Notes: generated by a model from the sequence alone, not told the origin. 63,930 nucleotides of DNA from a candidate division WWE3 bacterium CG08_land_8_20_14_0_20_40_13 (GCA_002774285.1 PEYT01000023.1:1-63930), one strand, 5' to 3'. Shown: positions 47,869-57,676, numbered from the stretch's first letter. Translations and numbers: made by a program.

Positions 47869-49140
47869 ATGCCAAAAGATAAGTTAGTAACAGTAATAGA
47901 TGTAGGAAGTTGCAAGGTGGCTACAATTATTGCCAGCATAACCGAAGAGAGAGTTTCGGTTATTGGTGTTTCTACAGTATTATCAAAGGGAATAAGAAAA
48001 GGCGTCGTTGTAGATATTGATTCGGCAGTTGAAGCCATTGCGGAATCACTAGAAAAATCACAACGGATGTCAGGTTTTCCTGTATCTTCTGCTTTTGTTA
48101 CCGTTAATGGCAGTCACATCGAGTCCATAAATTCTCATGGTGTTGTCGCAGTTTCTCATCAGGATTCTGAGATTACTGAGGACGATATAAAAAGGGTAAC
48201 CGACGCCGCACAAGCAGTTTCGTTGCCGTCATCGCGGGAGATGATCCATGTTATTCCACGCGATTTTATTGTTGATGGCCAAGAGGGTGTCCACGATCCG
48301 TTGGGGATGAGCGGCGTTAGATTGGAAGTAGAAACAAACCTTATTCATGGGTCGTCTCCCGCTATTAAAAATCTTGCCAAATGCGTAATTCAGGTTGGTG
48401 TTTCGGTAGAAGATTTTGTTTTTTCCTCGTATGCTTCTTCGTACTCTGTTTTAACGGACACAGAAAAGGAGCTTGGAACAATCCTTTTAGATATTGGCGG
48501 AGGAACCGCCTCCCTTATTATATTTTGTGGAGGCAGTCCTTGTTATAGCTCGGTACTTCCAGTAGGTGGTCAAAATATCACCAATGATTTGGCGATAGGT
48601 CTTAGGGCCTCTCTAGATGTTGCGGAAAAGATTAAATTAAAGCTTGGAAAAGAAGACGAAATTATAAAAAGAACAGCATTTCCAACAAATGAGGAAGAAT
48701 CGGTGCAAATTAGCCGCAACGAACTGGATGTATCGGAATTTAATCTTGATGCATCAACAATTTCCCGAAAATTATTATACGATATCATGAAAGAAAGGAT
48801 GCGCGAATTGTTTACCCTTGTTGCTTTGGAAGTTAAAAAAGCCAATTACACAGGAAAGCTTCCCGCTGGAATTGTGTTAACTGGCGGCGGTTCTTTAACC
48901 TACAATATTATTCCTATCGCAAAAGAAGTTTTAAAAATGCCGGCGCGTATAGCAAAACCCCGCGGCGTTACGGGTCTCATTGATGAAATAGAGGGCCCAG
49001 CCTATTCTGCCGCGATCGGCACATTAATTTTTGGCGCTAAACAAATAAAAACTCAGGGAAGACAGCTATCCCCCAGAGGTAACCTAGTCCCGGGATTTAT
49101 TAAAGGCGCCTTTGGTTGGGTAAAATCGTTTCTGCCATAA
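47869..49140 (+). CDS. ftsA: cell division protein FtsA
   Basis: Actin-fold motifs VIDVGSCKV, LDIGGGTASL and LTGGGS. Lies upstream of ftsZ. Confidence 0.9.
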   Translation: MPKDKLVTVIDVGSCKVATIIASITEERVSVIGVSTVLSKGIRKGVVVDIDSAVEAIAESLEKSQRMSGFPVSSAFVTVNGSHIESINSHGVVAVSHQDSEITEDDIKRVTDAAQAVSLPSSREMIHVIPRDFIVDGQEGVHDPLGMSGVRLEVETNLIHGSSPAIKNLAKCVIQVGVSVEDFVFSSYASSYSVLTDTEKELGTILLDIGGGTASLIIFCGGSPCYSSVLPVGGQNITNDLAIGLRASLDVAEKIKLKLGKEDEIIKRTAFPTNEEESVQISRNELDVSEFNLDASTISRKLLYDIMKERMRELFTLVALEVKKANYTGKLPAGIVLTGGGSLTYNIIPIAKEVLKMPARIAKPRGVTGLIDEIEGPAYSAAIGTLIFGAKQIKTQGRQLSPRGNLVPGFIKGAFGWVKSFLP

Positions 49141-49166
49141 AAAAATATTAAATATTATAATAAATT

Positions 49167-50261
49167 ATGTTGGTAAAACCCGAAATAGAACGCTTTGCAA
49201 AAATTAAAGTTATAGGAGTAGGCGGTGGTGGAACAAATGCCGTTAATAATATGATCGTCGGAGGTAATATACACGGTGTTGATTTTGTAGCTGTAAATAC
49301 CGATGCGCAATCCCTTGCTCTTAGTCGAGCCTCTGTAAAAATACAAATTGGAAAAGATTTAACTAAAGGGCTTGGGAGTGGGGGTAATCCGGAAATCGGA
49401 AAAAAAGCCGCCGAAGAATCTCTAGAAGAAATTAAGCAGGCGTTAGACGGCTCAGATATGATTTTTGTTACGGCGGGTCTTGGTGGTGGCACAGGGACTG
49501 GAGCCGCTCCGGTTATTGCAGGAATTGCCAAGGCTCTTGGAGCTTTGACGGTAGGAGTGGTTACCAAGCCTTTTGATTTTGAAGGTATACGACGAGCCGA
49601 AAACGCTGGAACCGGTCATAAAGAATTAAAGGAGCATGTTGACGCTTTAATAACAATTCCCAATCAAAAACTTCTGGAACTTGCTGATCAAAAACTTTCA
49701 CTTTTGGAAGCTTTTAAGACCGCGGATGGGGTTTTGGGGCAGGGGGTGCAGGGAATATCCGATCTTATAGTTATGCCGGGCCTTGTAAATGTGGATTTCG
49801 CGGATGTAAAAACCATTATGACAAACGCAGGATCGGCTCTTATGGGCATTGGTGTAGGAACCGGAGAAAATCGTGCGGAGCTGTCGGCAAAAATGGCAAT
49901 ATCGTCTCCGCTTCTTGAAGTTGATATATCTGGCGCCACTGGAATTCTCTTTAATATAGTTGGTGGCGTGGATTTGTCGATGCACGAAATAGACAAGGCG
50001 GCAAAAATTATTAGTTCGGCGGCAAACCCAGACGCCAATATTATTTTTGGCGCGGCAATTGACGATAAAATGACTGATGGAATTAAAATTACCGTTATTG
50101 CCACAGGATTTGATATGGATATTCAAGACGCTTTTAAAAAAATTAAAGAGTTTCCAAAAACGGAACTAGCACATGAGGAGGCGCAAAATGAATCCACAGA
50201 ATTAACTGATGAAGATACCAAATATGATATCCCAACTTTTTTAAGAAGAAAGGTTAAATAA
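49167..50261 (+). CDS. ftsZ: cell division protein FtsZ
   Basis: [15 protein letters not shown], tubulin signature [15 protein letters not shown], and NVDFADV. Confidence 0.97.
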   Translation: MLVKPEIERFAKIKVIGVGGGGTNAVNNMIVGGNIHGVDFVAVNTDAQSLALSRASVKIQIGKDLTKGLGSGGNPEIGKKAAEESLEEIKQALDGSDMIFVTAGLGGGTGTGAAPVIAGIAKALGALTVGVVTKPFDFEGIRRAENAGTGHKELKEHVDALITIPNQKLLELADQKLSLLEAFKTADGVLGQGVQGISDLIVMPGLVNVDFADVKTIMTNAGSALMGIGVGTGENRAELSAKMAISSPLLEVDISGATGILFNIVGGVDLSMHEIDKAAKIISSAANPDANIIFGAAIDDKMTDGIKITVIATGFDMDIQDAFKKIKEFPKTELAHEEAQNESTELTDEDTKYDIPTFLRRKVK

Positions 50262-50266
50262 ACGAT

Positions 50267-50413
50267 ATGACAAACCGTAAGATAGGTCTTGTAATATCTT
50301 ATTCGTCCCTCCTTATAATTTTTATTGTTCTTTTTCTTATACTTTTATCTAGAGCTATCAATTTTGATAATGTGCTAAAATCACATGAGGAGAAGACAGA
50401 AGATAGAAAATAG
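50267..50413 (+). CDS. small single-pass membrane protein (48 aa), not in the ORF track
   Basis: ATG 6 nt after the ftsZ stop. Translates as MTNRKIGLVISYSSLLIIFIVLFLILLSRAINFDNVLKSHEEKTEDRK. Its stop lies 1 nt before the preferred ileS ATG. Confidence 0.3.
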   Translation: MTNRKIGLVISYSSLLIIFIVLFLILLSRAINFDNVLKSHEEKTEDRK

Positions 50414-50414
50414 A

Positions 50415-53204
50415 ATGTTCAACGACATCCGCAACACAACCTTTCCAGTTATCGACAAAGAAATTCTCGAATATTGGGATAGAAAGTCGATTTTTAAAAA
50501 ATCATTAGCCAAAAATAAAAATGGTAAAAAATTCGTCTTTTATGAGGGTCCGCCTACAGCAAACGGCTCTCCTCATTTAGGTCATGTTCTTCCACGAGCG
50601 TTTAAAGATTTATTTCCGCGGTATAAAACGATGAAAGGGTTTTATTGCGAGCGAAAGGGAGGTTGGGATACTCAGGGGCTTCCTGTGGAAATAGAGGTGG
50701 AAAAAGAGCTTGGATTTTCCGGAAAATTAGAAATAGAAAAATACGGAGTAGCAAAATTTAATCAAAAATGTCGGGAATCGGTTTTTAAATATGTGGAAAA
50801 ATGGAATGATCTAACACGACGGATTGGATTTTGGTTAGATCTGGATAATCCTTATGTGACAATGGACCCAAAGTATATCGAAAGCGTCTGGTGGCTGTTA
50901 AAGCAATTTTACGATCAGGGACTGCTTATTAAAGACTACAAGGTACTTCCGTATTGTCCGCGTTGTGGGACGCCTTTATCCTCTCACGAGTTGGCTCAGG
51001 GGTACAAGGAAACAGTGGATACCTCGGTCTATGTTAAGTTTCCGGTGGTCGACCAACCTAATACATATCTGCTCGCTTGGACTACTACCCCGTGGACCAT
51101 TCCCGGAAATGTCGCGCTTGCAGTTTCGCCGCAGGCCCAATATGTAAAAGTAAATACCGGTAACGATTTTCTAATCTTGGCCCGAGATCGTTTATCTGTT
51201 ATTGATAAAAAATATGTCGTTGTTTTAACAATCCCCGGCGAGAAGCTCGTGGGTTTAAATTATGTCCCCCCGTTTGGCTATTTAAAATATGATAAAAAAG
51301 CGCACTTTGTTGTACCAGCGGATTTTGTGTCGTTAGAAGATGGGACAGGAATTGTTCATACTGCGGTAATGTACGGCGCAGAAGATTTTGAACTTGGAAC
51401 AAAGATCGGACTTCCAAAAAAGCATGCTGTTGATCTTGAGGGTAAATTTATTCCAGAAGTAAAAGATTATTCTGGAATGTTCGTAAAAAAAGCAGATCCT
51501 TTGATCGTAAAGGATTTAAAAGAAAAAGGACTTCTTTATAAAAGCGAACCGGTAACTCACGATTATCCTTTTTGCTGGAGATGTAAAACTCCTCTTTTGT
51601 ATTACGCATTAGAAAGCTACTTTATTAAGACCACCGCTAAAAAGGAATTAATCCAAAAGCTAAACGATAAAATAGATTGGCATCCATCTCACCTAAAGAA
51701 AGGAAGAATGGGGGAGTGGTTAAGTAACATGGTCGATTGGTCAATCTCCCGCTCCCGCTTCTGGGGAACCCCAATTCCTATATGGAGATGTTCTTCTTGC
51801 CAAATCGAAAAATGTGTTGGATCTTTTAGCGAGCTTAAGGATTATTACCCGGATATAAAGGATGATTTTGATCCGCACAAGCCAGAAATTGACGAGATTA
51901 CTTTTAAATGTTCCTGTGGTGGGGAAATGAAAAGAGTTCCTTATGTGTTGGACTGCTGGTTTGATTCCGGTGCAATGCCCTTTGCTCAAATCCATTATCC
52001 TTTTGATAAAACAAAAGATATCGGTCAGCAATTTCCTGCCGATTTTATCTGCGAAGCTATCGATCAAACTAGGGGTTGGTTTTACACGCTACTAGCTATC
52101 TCCGCTTTGCATAACGGCTCATCCAGTTACAAAACGGTCTTAACCACAGGTCACGCATTAGATAACGAGGGCCGGAAAATGTCTAAATCCCTAAAAAATG
52201 TTGTAGATCCTTTTGAAGCGCTTGATAAATATGGGGCCGATATTATAAGGTGGAATTTTTATACAGGAGCCACTCTTGGAAACAATTTTCGCGCAGGTTT
52301 TGCCAATCTGGACGAGGTTAAACGACGGTTTTTTACAATTTTAGTTAATAGCGTTTCTTTTTTTGTGACATACGCGAATTTATCTGGTTTTTCTCCAAAT
52401 CGTAAGTTATCTAAGTCACTTAAGTTAACAACTCTTGACCACTGGATTTTATCGCGCCTGAACAACACAATATTGTCCGTAACGAAAAGTCTAGATAACT
52501 ATGACGCAAACGCCGCGGCAAAAGCGATAGAATTTTTCGTTGTTAACGATCTATCTACTTGGTACATTAGAAGATCAAAAAATAACTCATCAGCGGAATT
52601 TTTTGCACTCCTGCGCGAAGTATTTATTACGGTTACAAAATTAATGGCCCCTTTTGCTCCTTTTGTTTCCGAGAAAATATATTTAATCCTTAAAGGCCCA
52701 CAAGAATCTGTGCATTTGGAAGATTGGCCAACTGTAAATAATGATCTTATCGACCCCAAATTAGAAAAAGAAATGGCGGTCGCAAGGTCTTTGGTGGAGC
52801 AAATTCATGCCCGCAGGCAGGAAGCTGGAATAAAACTCCGTCAGCCGTTGTCCCGAGTTACAATTAAAGGTCCGGATATGTCCTTGCGCAAGGAATTAAT
52901 AATGATCATGGGGGAGGAACTAAATACCAAAGAGGTGGTCATTAAAAATTCCCCTATTTTACAGATTACCCTTATCACACATATTTCCCAAGATCTACTT
53001 TTAGAGGGACAAATGCGGGAAATAATAAGAAGTATTCAAGATCTCCGCAAAAAAGAAAACATTTCTTATGACAAGTTAGTAGATGTTTCGTATGAGATGT
53101 CCGAAATAAACATTAAAACAGTAGAGAAATTTGAGAAAGAAATCAAAAAAAGGACTTTAACATCATCCCTTACAGCAGGTGGCTCCTATGCGCTTATCCA
53201 TTAA
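50415..53204 (+). CDS. ileS: isoleucine--tRNA ligase
   Basis: HIGH-type PTANGSPHLGH, editing-domain WTTTPWT, KMSKS (GRKMSKS) and a Cys cluster CPRCGT. ATG 50415 preferred over 50385. Confidence 0.95.
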   Translation: MFNDIRNTTFPVIDKEILEYWDRKSIFKKSLAKNKNGKKFVFYEGPPTANGSPHLGHVLPRAFKDLFPRYKTMKGFYCERKGGWDTQGLPVEIEVEKELGFSGKLEIEKYGVAKFNQKCRESVFKYVEKWNDLTRRIGFWLDLDNPYVTMDPKYIESVWWLLKQFYDQGLLIKDYKVLPYCPRCGTPLSSHELAQGYKETVDTSVYVKFPVVDQPNTYLLAWTTTPWTIPGNVALAVSPQAQYVKVNTGNDFLILARDRLSVIDKKYVVVLTIPGEKLVGLNYVPPFGYLKYDKKAHFVVPADFVSLEDGTGIVHTAVMYGAEDFELGTKIGLPKKHAVDLEGKFIPEVKDYSGMFVKKADPLIVKDLKEKGLLYKSEPVTHDYPFCWRCKTPLLYYALESYFIKTTAKKELIQKLNDKIDWHPSHLKKGRMGEWLSNMVDWSISRSRFWGTPIPIWRCSSCQIEKCVGSFSELKDYYPDIKDDFDPHKPEIDEITFKCSCGGEMKRVPYVLDCWFDSGAMPFAQIHYPFDKTKDIGQQFPADFICEAIDQTRGWFYTLLAISALHNGSSSYKTVLTTGHALDNEGRKMSKSLKNVVDPFEALDKYGADIIRWNFYTGATLGNNFRAGFANLDEVKRRFFTILVNSVSFFVTYANLSGFSPNRKLSKSLKLTTLDHWILSRLNNTILSVTKSLDNYDANAAAKAIEFFVVNDLSTWYIRRSKNNSSAEFFALLREVFITVTKLMAPFAPFVSEKIYLILKGPQESVHLEDWPTVNNDLIDPKLEKEMAVARSLVEQIHARRQEAGIKLRQPLSRVTIKGPDMSLRKELIMIMGEELNTKEVVIKNSPILQITLITHISQDLLLEGQMREIIRSIQDLRKKENISYDKLVDVSYEMSEINIKTVEKFEKEIKKRTLTSSLTAGGSYALIH

Positions 53205-54237
53205 ACTACCCCTTCTACTACCGGCTATTTTAATATGTGTTTTAAGTCTGTCGGTTTTGTACTCCACAGCGCCGAATCAGGCCGTAAGCCAACTAAAGTT
53301 TTTGGGGGTTGGTCTCGGCGTCTATCTATTAATAACAACCATAGGAATAGGTGTTATTGCCAAAAACGCATGGGCAATATTCTTTTTTTGTCTTTTAATA
53401 AATTTAATCCCCGTTATTTTTGGTCCCGAAGTTAGAGGGAGTAGGCGTTGGATATATTTGGGTCCCTTTAATTTTCAGACATCGGAGCTTCTAAAATTTG
53501 CTTTTATTATTTATCTTTCCAAAAGTCTTTCTAAGATTAATATCAACAGGGTGTCGCTTTCCTTGATATTTTTTCTTCTTGGGGTAGTTATTTCTATATT
53601 CCTGATTTTTCTAGAACCCGACCTTGGAACAGCGGTAGTGCTTTTACTAATTTTTGGCACGCTTCTGATTTTCTCAGAGATACACTTAAAACGGGCACTG
53701 ATTATGGCCTTTTCCGCGCTAATAATTATTGCTCCGTTGTGGTTTATTCTTAAAGATTATCAAAAAGAAAGAATTACAAGTTTTCTAAACCCCGCCAAGG
53801 ATACTCTTGGGACGGGTTATAATGTTTCACAGGCTCAAATTGCTATTGGTTCCGGAGGCTTACTAGGAAAGGGTTTTGGAATGGGAAGTCAGTCGCATCT
53901 AAGATTTTTGCCCGAATCTCATACGGATTTTATTTTCGCCTCGTTTGCCGAGGAGTGGGGGATTGCTTTTTGTTTTATTCTTTTGGGACTTTATGGGATA
54001 ATTTTTCTTATTATTGTTAAAACCGCCCTCAGTTTAAAGGATATGTTTGGGGTTTTTTTGTGTCTTGGGATCGCATCTTATTTTTATTGGCAATGTTTTA
54101 TAAATATCGGAATGAATCTTGGATTACTGCCTGTTACCGGAATTCCTCTTCCTTTAATGTCAAGCGGTGGAAGTTCGCTTGTTACAAGCTTTGCTATTTT
54201 GGGTCTTGTTCCAACCCCCAAACAAATTAACAGTTGA
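53188..54237 (+). CDS. rodA: SEDS-family protein RodA/FtsW paralog
   Basis: EPDLGTA, LPESHTDFIFASFAEEWG and PLPLMSSGGSS. Confidence 0.8.
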   Translation: MRLSIKLPLLLPAILICVLSLSVLYSTAPNQAVSQLKFLGVGLGVYLLITTIGIGVIAKNAWAIFFFCLLINLIPVIFGPEVRGSRRWIYLGPFNFQTSELLKFAFIIYLSKSLSKININRVSLSLIFFLLGVVISIFLIFLEPDLGTAVVLLLIFGTLLIFSEIHLKRALIMAFSALIIIAPLWFILKDYQKERITSFLNPAKDTLGTGYNVSQAQIAIGSGGLLGKGFGMGSQSHLRFLPESHTDFIFASFAEEWGIAFCFILLGLYGIIFLIIVKTALSLKDMFGVFLCLGIASYFYWQCFINIGMNLGLLPVTGIPLPLMSSGGSSLVTSFAILGLVPTPKQINS

Positions 54238-54271
54238 TCTGTACCGCTATCTTTAGTAGAATCAGGCCCGT

Positions 54272-54583
54272 ATGTCGGAAAATGCTGTTGTTTTAATTAA
54301 TGGTAATCAATATCTTGTGTCGCCGGGACAGGAGTTTTTTGTGGATGGTGAAGATGTTACCGAGCCAAAAGTATTACTAATTTGGGAGGACGATAAAGAA
54401 GTTATTGTTGGAAAGCCTTATTTAGACAAGTACGCTGTAAAAATTGAGAAAATTAAAAGCGAAAAAAGCAAAAAGGTGACGGTTTTAAGATTTAAAGCAA
54501 AGTCCCGTTACAAAAAGACAAAGGGTCATAGGCAAATGGAAACATTAATAAAAGTTACGAGTATCCTAAAACATGGCGCATAA
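54272..54583 (+). CDS. rplU: 50S ribosomal protein L21
   Basis: [16 protein letters not shown]...[18 protein letters not shown]. Confidence 0.9.
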   Translation: MSENAVVLINGNQYLVSPGQEFFVDGEDVTEPKVLLIWEDDKEVIVGKPYLDKYAVKIEKIKSEKSKKVTVLRFKAKSRYKKTKGHRQMETLIKVTSILKHGA

Positions 54584-54848
54584 AAAAGCAGGTGGATCAA
54601 GAGCTAGGCAAGGTGGAAATGTCTCTGGTAAAAGGCTTGGAGTAAAAGTATTTGGTAGCGAAGTAATTGATGGGGGATCTATTATAGTAAGACAACGGGG
54701 AAACGCTTTTAAACCGGGTGCCAATGTTGGATCTGGGCGTGATCGTACCTTGTTTGCTAAAGTTCGTGGAATTGTTTCCTTTAGGAAAGCCGACGGTAAA
54801 AATTTTATTGATGTATTACCTCAACCGCGGATAAAGGCCAGTATCTAA
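54573..54848 (+). CDS. rpmA: 50S ribosomal protein L27
   Basis: [28 protein letters not shown]...[13 protein letters not shown]. Confidence 0.95.
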   Translation: MAHKKAGGSRARQGGNVSGKRLGVKVFGSEVIDGGSIIVRQRGNAFKPGANVGSGRDRTLFAKVRGIVSFRKADGKNFIDVLPQPRIKASI

Positions 54849-55353
54849 TCCAACTTTTTCCAATAATATTTTTCGCGGGGAGTGTTCCCCACTGCCTAGA
54901 ATCGCTACTTCTTTCCCTATTGTCTCCCATTACAAAATACTCACCTTCGGGAATTTTAAATTGAACCCACTCCTTTAAAAACGATTTTCCGGTGGTAATT
55001 ATTTCTTCCGCTAAGTATTTTTCGTCTAGGACTTTTTTGTTTATATACACGGTATCGCCTTTTATTTCGATAGTCTCGCCGGGAAGACCAATTATTCTTT
55101 TTACATAATCGTATTGTGGGGCATTGGGGTATTCAAAAACGATTATGTCACCTCGCGCGGGATGTCCAAAACGGTACGACAGTTTACTAACAAGAAGATA
55201 CTCACCGTCATGGAGATTGGGTTTCATGCTATCGCCTTTAACCTGAAAAGGTTGGGCGATAAATACATAGACAACAACAAAAATCAGTGAAGATACAACC
55301 ACAGTTTCCAGAATATCAAGGAAAAAAGATCCGATGGATGATAGAATAGCCAT
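54805..55353 (-). CDS. lepB: signal peptidase I
   Basis: TM anchor, GDSMKPNL (catalytic Ser), [11 protein letters not shown] (Lys) and [11 protein letters not shown]. 44-nt convergent overlap with rpmA. Confidence 0.9.
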   Translation of the reverse strand: MAILSSIGSFFLDILETVVVSSLIFVVVYVFIAQPFQVKGDSMKPNLHDGEYLLVSKLSYRFGHPARGDIIVFEYPNAPQYDYVKRIIGLPGETIEIKGDTVYINKKVLDEKYLAEEIITTGKSFLKEWVQFKIPEGEYFVMGDNRERSSDSRQWGTLPAKNIIGKSWIRYWPLSAVEVIHQ

Positions 55354-55401
55354 AGGTACAGATTCTAAAGAGTAGATGGTGAGATAGCAAGAGATTATTT
55401 T

Positions 55402-55478
55402 GGGTTCGTAGCTCAGTTGGTTAGAGCGTCCCGGTCACATCGGGAAGGTCGGGGGTTCAAACCCCTCCGAGCCCACCA
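55402..55478 (+). tRNA. tRNA-Val (anticodon CAC)
   Basis: GGGTTCGTAGCTCAGTTGGTTAGAGCGTCCCGGTCACATCGGGAAGGTCGGGGGTTCAAACCCCTCCGAGCCCACCA folds as a cloverleaf by hand. Anticodon stem TCCCG/CGGGA, loop GTCACAT, encoded CCA. Confidence 0.85.
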
Positions 55479-55512
55479 TCGCGTGCATCGCGTTAAACGC
55501 GATTGACGCGAT
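55478..55512. repeat. nested palindrome built from four ATCGCGT units
   Basis: ATCGCGT-GC-ATCGCGTT-A-AACGCGAT-TG-ACGCGAT starts at the last base of tRNA-Val. Possible tRNA terminator or processing hairpin. Confidence 0.4.
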
Positions 55513-55585
55513 GAGTGTCCTGAGCAATTCGACTACGCTCATTGTTATAACTTGCCAAGGACATTTGATCGAAAGTTTGTTACAA

Positions 55586-56821
55586 ATGCTTAAACACACA
55601 ATCGTAGCTAACACCATATATCAGCTTTTAGGAAAATTCATTTCCGTCTCTGCCACTCTACTTGTTACTGTTTTTATAACCAGAAGTCTTGGAGTTGAAA
55701 CATTTGGTCAATTTTCTATCGTTATTTCCTACATTGCTCCTTTTTATGTTTTTGCCGACTTTGGAATTAATGCCATCGTGGCTCGACAGTTTTCAAAAGA
55801 TGGTTTGCTTATTGCCAATTATTTTAAATCAATCCTTTTTCTCCGGATCACTATTTCAATAGCCTTAATTGCTGTTGGGATTTTGTTATTAATTTTTATT
55901 CCGTATACCCCACAAGTTAAGCTTTCAATAACGATCGGCCTTTTAACAGTTTTGGCACAAGCGATATTTAATACCAGTCAAATTATTTTTCAAGTTAAAT
56001 CCCGCTATAAATTATTTGCCGTATCTCAGATCGTAGGATCCCTTTTTCTGGTTTTGACCACATTTTTTTTAGCTAAGTATGGATTTGGAGTTTTCTATAT
56101 AATTTTCACGTTTGTTCTTTCAAATATACTAACGAGTATAGTCTCATTATTTGTTATACGGAAAGATACCAAATCGGCAATCTCCATCATCGATAAAAAA
56201 TACCTTAAAGAAATTCTAATCTTATCGGCCCCGCTTGGTATTTCGTTGGTCTTAAACACTCTTATGGTTAACGCGGATAGGTTTTTACTATCCGTTATGA
56301 CAACAAGTGCGTCAGTTGGATCATACTTTCTGGCCTATAAATTGTTTGAAATCTTGCTTGTTATCCCAACTTTTTTTATGAATAGTGTTTATCCTTATAT
56401 GGCAAGAATTGCTGATAAACCCGGAAACAGCTTTAAAGATATTTTAGCAAAGTCAGTATTGATTCTTACTGCTTTATCTCTAATGGCAACTCTAGGAACA
56501 ATCATTTTTGGGAAAACTATTATTTCCTTGATATGGGGTGAGGGAATGGTGGGATCTTATCAGCCTCTAATAATTTTAACCGCTGGATCGGTAATTTTCT
56601 TTATAACCTCGCCTTTAAGCTGGGCGCTAATTGCAAAAGATAGGCAAAAAACCTTTCCGATGATTTATGGGATTGGCTTATTGTTTAATGTTATTGCAAA
56701 TTGGATATTAATTCCGCGGTATAACTTTATCGCTTGTGCCTATACCACTGTCGCGACTGAATTTCTCGTTCTGTTACTGTTGTTATTTCAATTTTCAAAA
56801 TTAAATCGGGTTTCACCCTAA
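55586..56821 (+). CDS. MOP-superfamily flippase (Wzx/MurJ-like polysaccharide biosynthesis protein)
   Basis: About 12-14 TM helices with an N-terminus typical of polysaccharide-biosynthesis/MurJ-like transporters. ATG 55586 preferred because the 55511 start lies inside the tRNA-adjacent palindrome. Confidence 0.7.
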   Translation: MLKHTIVANTIYQLLGKFISVSATLLVTVFITRSLGVETFGQFSIVISYIAPFYVFADFGINAIVARQFSKDGLLIANYFKSILFLRITISIALIAVGILLLIFIPYTPQVKLSITIGLLTVLAQAIFNTSQIIFQVKSRYKLFAVSQIVGSLFLVLTTFFLAKYGFGVFYIIFTFVLSNILTSIVSLFVIRKDTKSAISIIDKKYLKEILILSAPLGISLVLNTLMVNADRFLLSVMTTSASVGSYFLAYKLFEILLVIPTFFMNSVYPYMARIADKPGNSFKDILAKSVLILTALSLMATLGTIIFGKTIISLIWGEGMVGSYQPLIILTAGSVIFFITSPLSWALIAKDRQKTFPMIYGIGLLFNVIANWILIPRYNFIACAYTTVATEFLVLLLLLFQFSKLNRVSP

Positions 56822-56835
56822 AGGGTGAAACCCGA
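56806..56835. repeat. REP-like palindrome variant (TCGGGTTTCACCCT / AGGGTGAAACCCGA)
   Basis: 14-nt perfect arms around an AA centre. The left arm encodes the last codons and stop of the flippase. Lies between convergent genes. Confidence 0.55.
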
Positions 56836-56847
56836 ACTCAATTAGTA

Positions 56848-57555
56848 TCACTCCTCATTAAACGAAAAAAATCTTTCTGCCTTGTTGGAATTTCCGGCCG
56901 GATCTGTAACATCAAGTGTTATTTTGTTTCCTCCTTCAACGGGATAAATTTGCGCCGAAAACGATCCATCTTCTTGCATTACAGCAATTTGTCCGTTAAC
57001 AGTAACTTTTGAGCCGCCCTCTGTTTTTCCAAGGACTTTTAGGGTACGGACTTTGCTGGAGTAAGTTTTACCTGCCTCCGGTTCCAAAATTTCTATTTTT
57101 GGTTTTTCGTTATCAAACGATATTATTTGATCCACCGACTCGATACTTTTATTGCCAGCATCGTCATAAGCGACGGCGTAAAAGGTGTTTCTGCTGGGTT
57201 GAATTTTTACCTGCCCAAAATTAAAAGACCCATCTTTATCGGATATGGTGTCTGAAACCTTGGTACCGTTTAAATATAATTCCACTTTGGTTCCGTTTTC
57301 CGATGATCCTGAAATTTCTATAGATTCTTTGTTGGTAAAGGCGGGAATTTTGTTTATATAGGGGGGGATTGGGGACAGTAAATCGGAAGATAAAGATTTA
57401 CTAGCGCCTCTAAAGTTTCTCCAAAAATTGTTAATGTTGGAAAATATTCCAAACACCCAAAGATACAGAATAAATAATATCGAAATGGCAAAAAACGCTC
57501 TTATAGCGATTTTTCTAATCATTAATTTGTGTTCTACTGTTTGGTGTCTTTGCAT
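56848..57555 (-). CDS. membrane-anchored protein with Ig-like (Big-type) repeats
   Basis: TM anchor IAIRAFFAISILFILYLWVFGIF, then two similar beta-rich segments (ISGSSENGTKVELYLNGTKV...DGSFNF and VLGKTEGGSKVTVNGQ...DGSFSA). Start is ATG 57555 or 57522; the longer ORF runs into tRNA-fragment copy A. Confidence 0.55.
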   Translation of the reverse strand: MQRHQTVEHKLMIRKIAIRAFFAISILFILYLWVFGIFSNINNFWRNFRGASKSLSSDLLSPIPPYINKIPAFTNKESIEISGSSENGTKVELYLNGTKVSDTISDKDGSFNFGQVKIQPSRNTFYAVAYDDAGNKSIESVDQIISFDNEKPKIEILEPEAGKTYSSKVRTLKVLGKTEGGSKVTVNGQIAVMQEDGSFSAQIYPVEGGNKITLDVTDPAGNSNKAERFFSFNEE

Positions 57556-57638
57556 AACTCGGGACCTATCCCTTATCACAAGATTTATGACCATTTCCTT
57601 GATTATTCTCACTGCGAAGCAGTGAGGCGTAACAAGGT
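57556..57638 (-). repeat. partial tRNA-Thr 3'-half copy A plus conserved hairpin
   Basis: 57556-57575 is identical to tRNA-Thr 57835-57854. 57556-57584 is identical to copy B 57698-57726. Hairpin CTCACTGC-GAA-GCAGTGAG at 57608-57626. Confidence 0.7.
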
Positions 57639-57676
57639 CTATCTAGATCTTACTACAAGTTTCGATCGAGAGTTCG

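Noticed and set aside
49148-50126. Three 138-142-aa minus-strand ORFs inside ftsZ
   Set aside because: They are antisense to the unmistakable ftsZ gene. Their Pro/Ala/Ile-rich translations are typical of the reverse complement of Gly/Ala-rich coding sequence.
54805-54848. 44-nt convergent overlap of the rpmA and lepB 3' ends as a possible mis-call
   Set aside because: Both C-termini look plausible for their families, and no alternative stop exists. I kept both calls and note only that one of the tails may be non-conserved.
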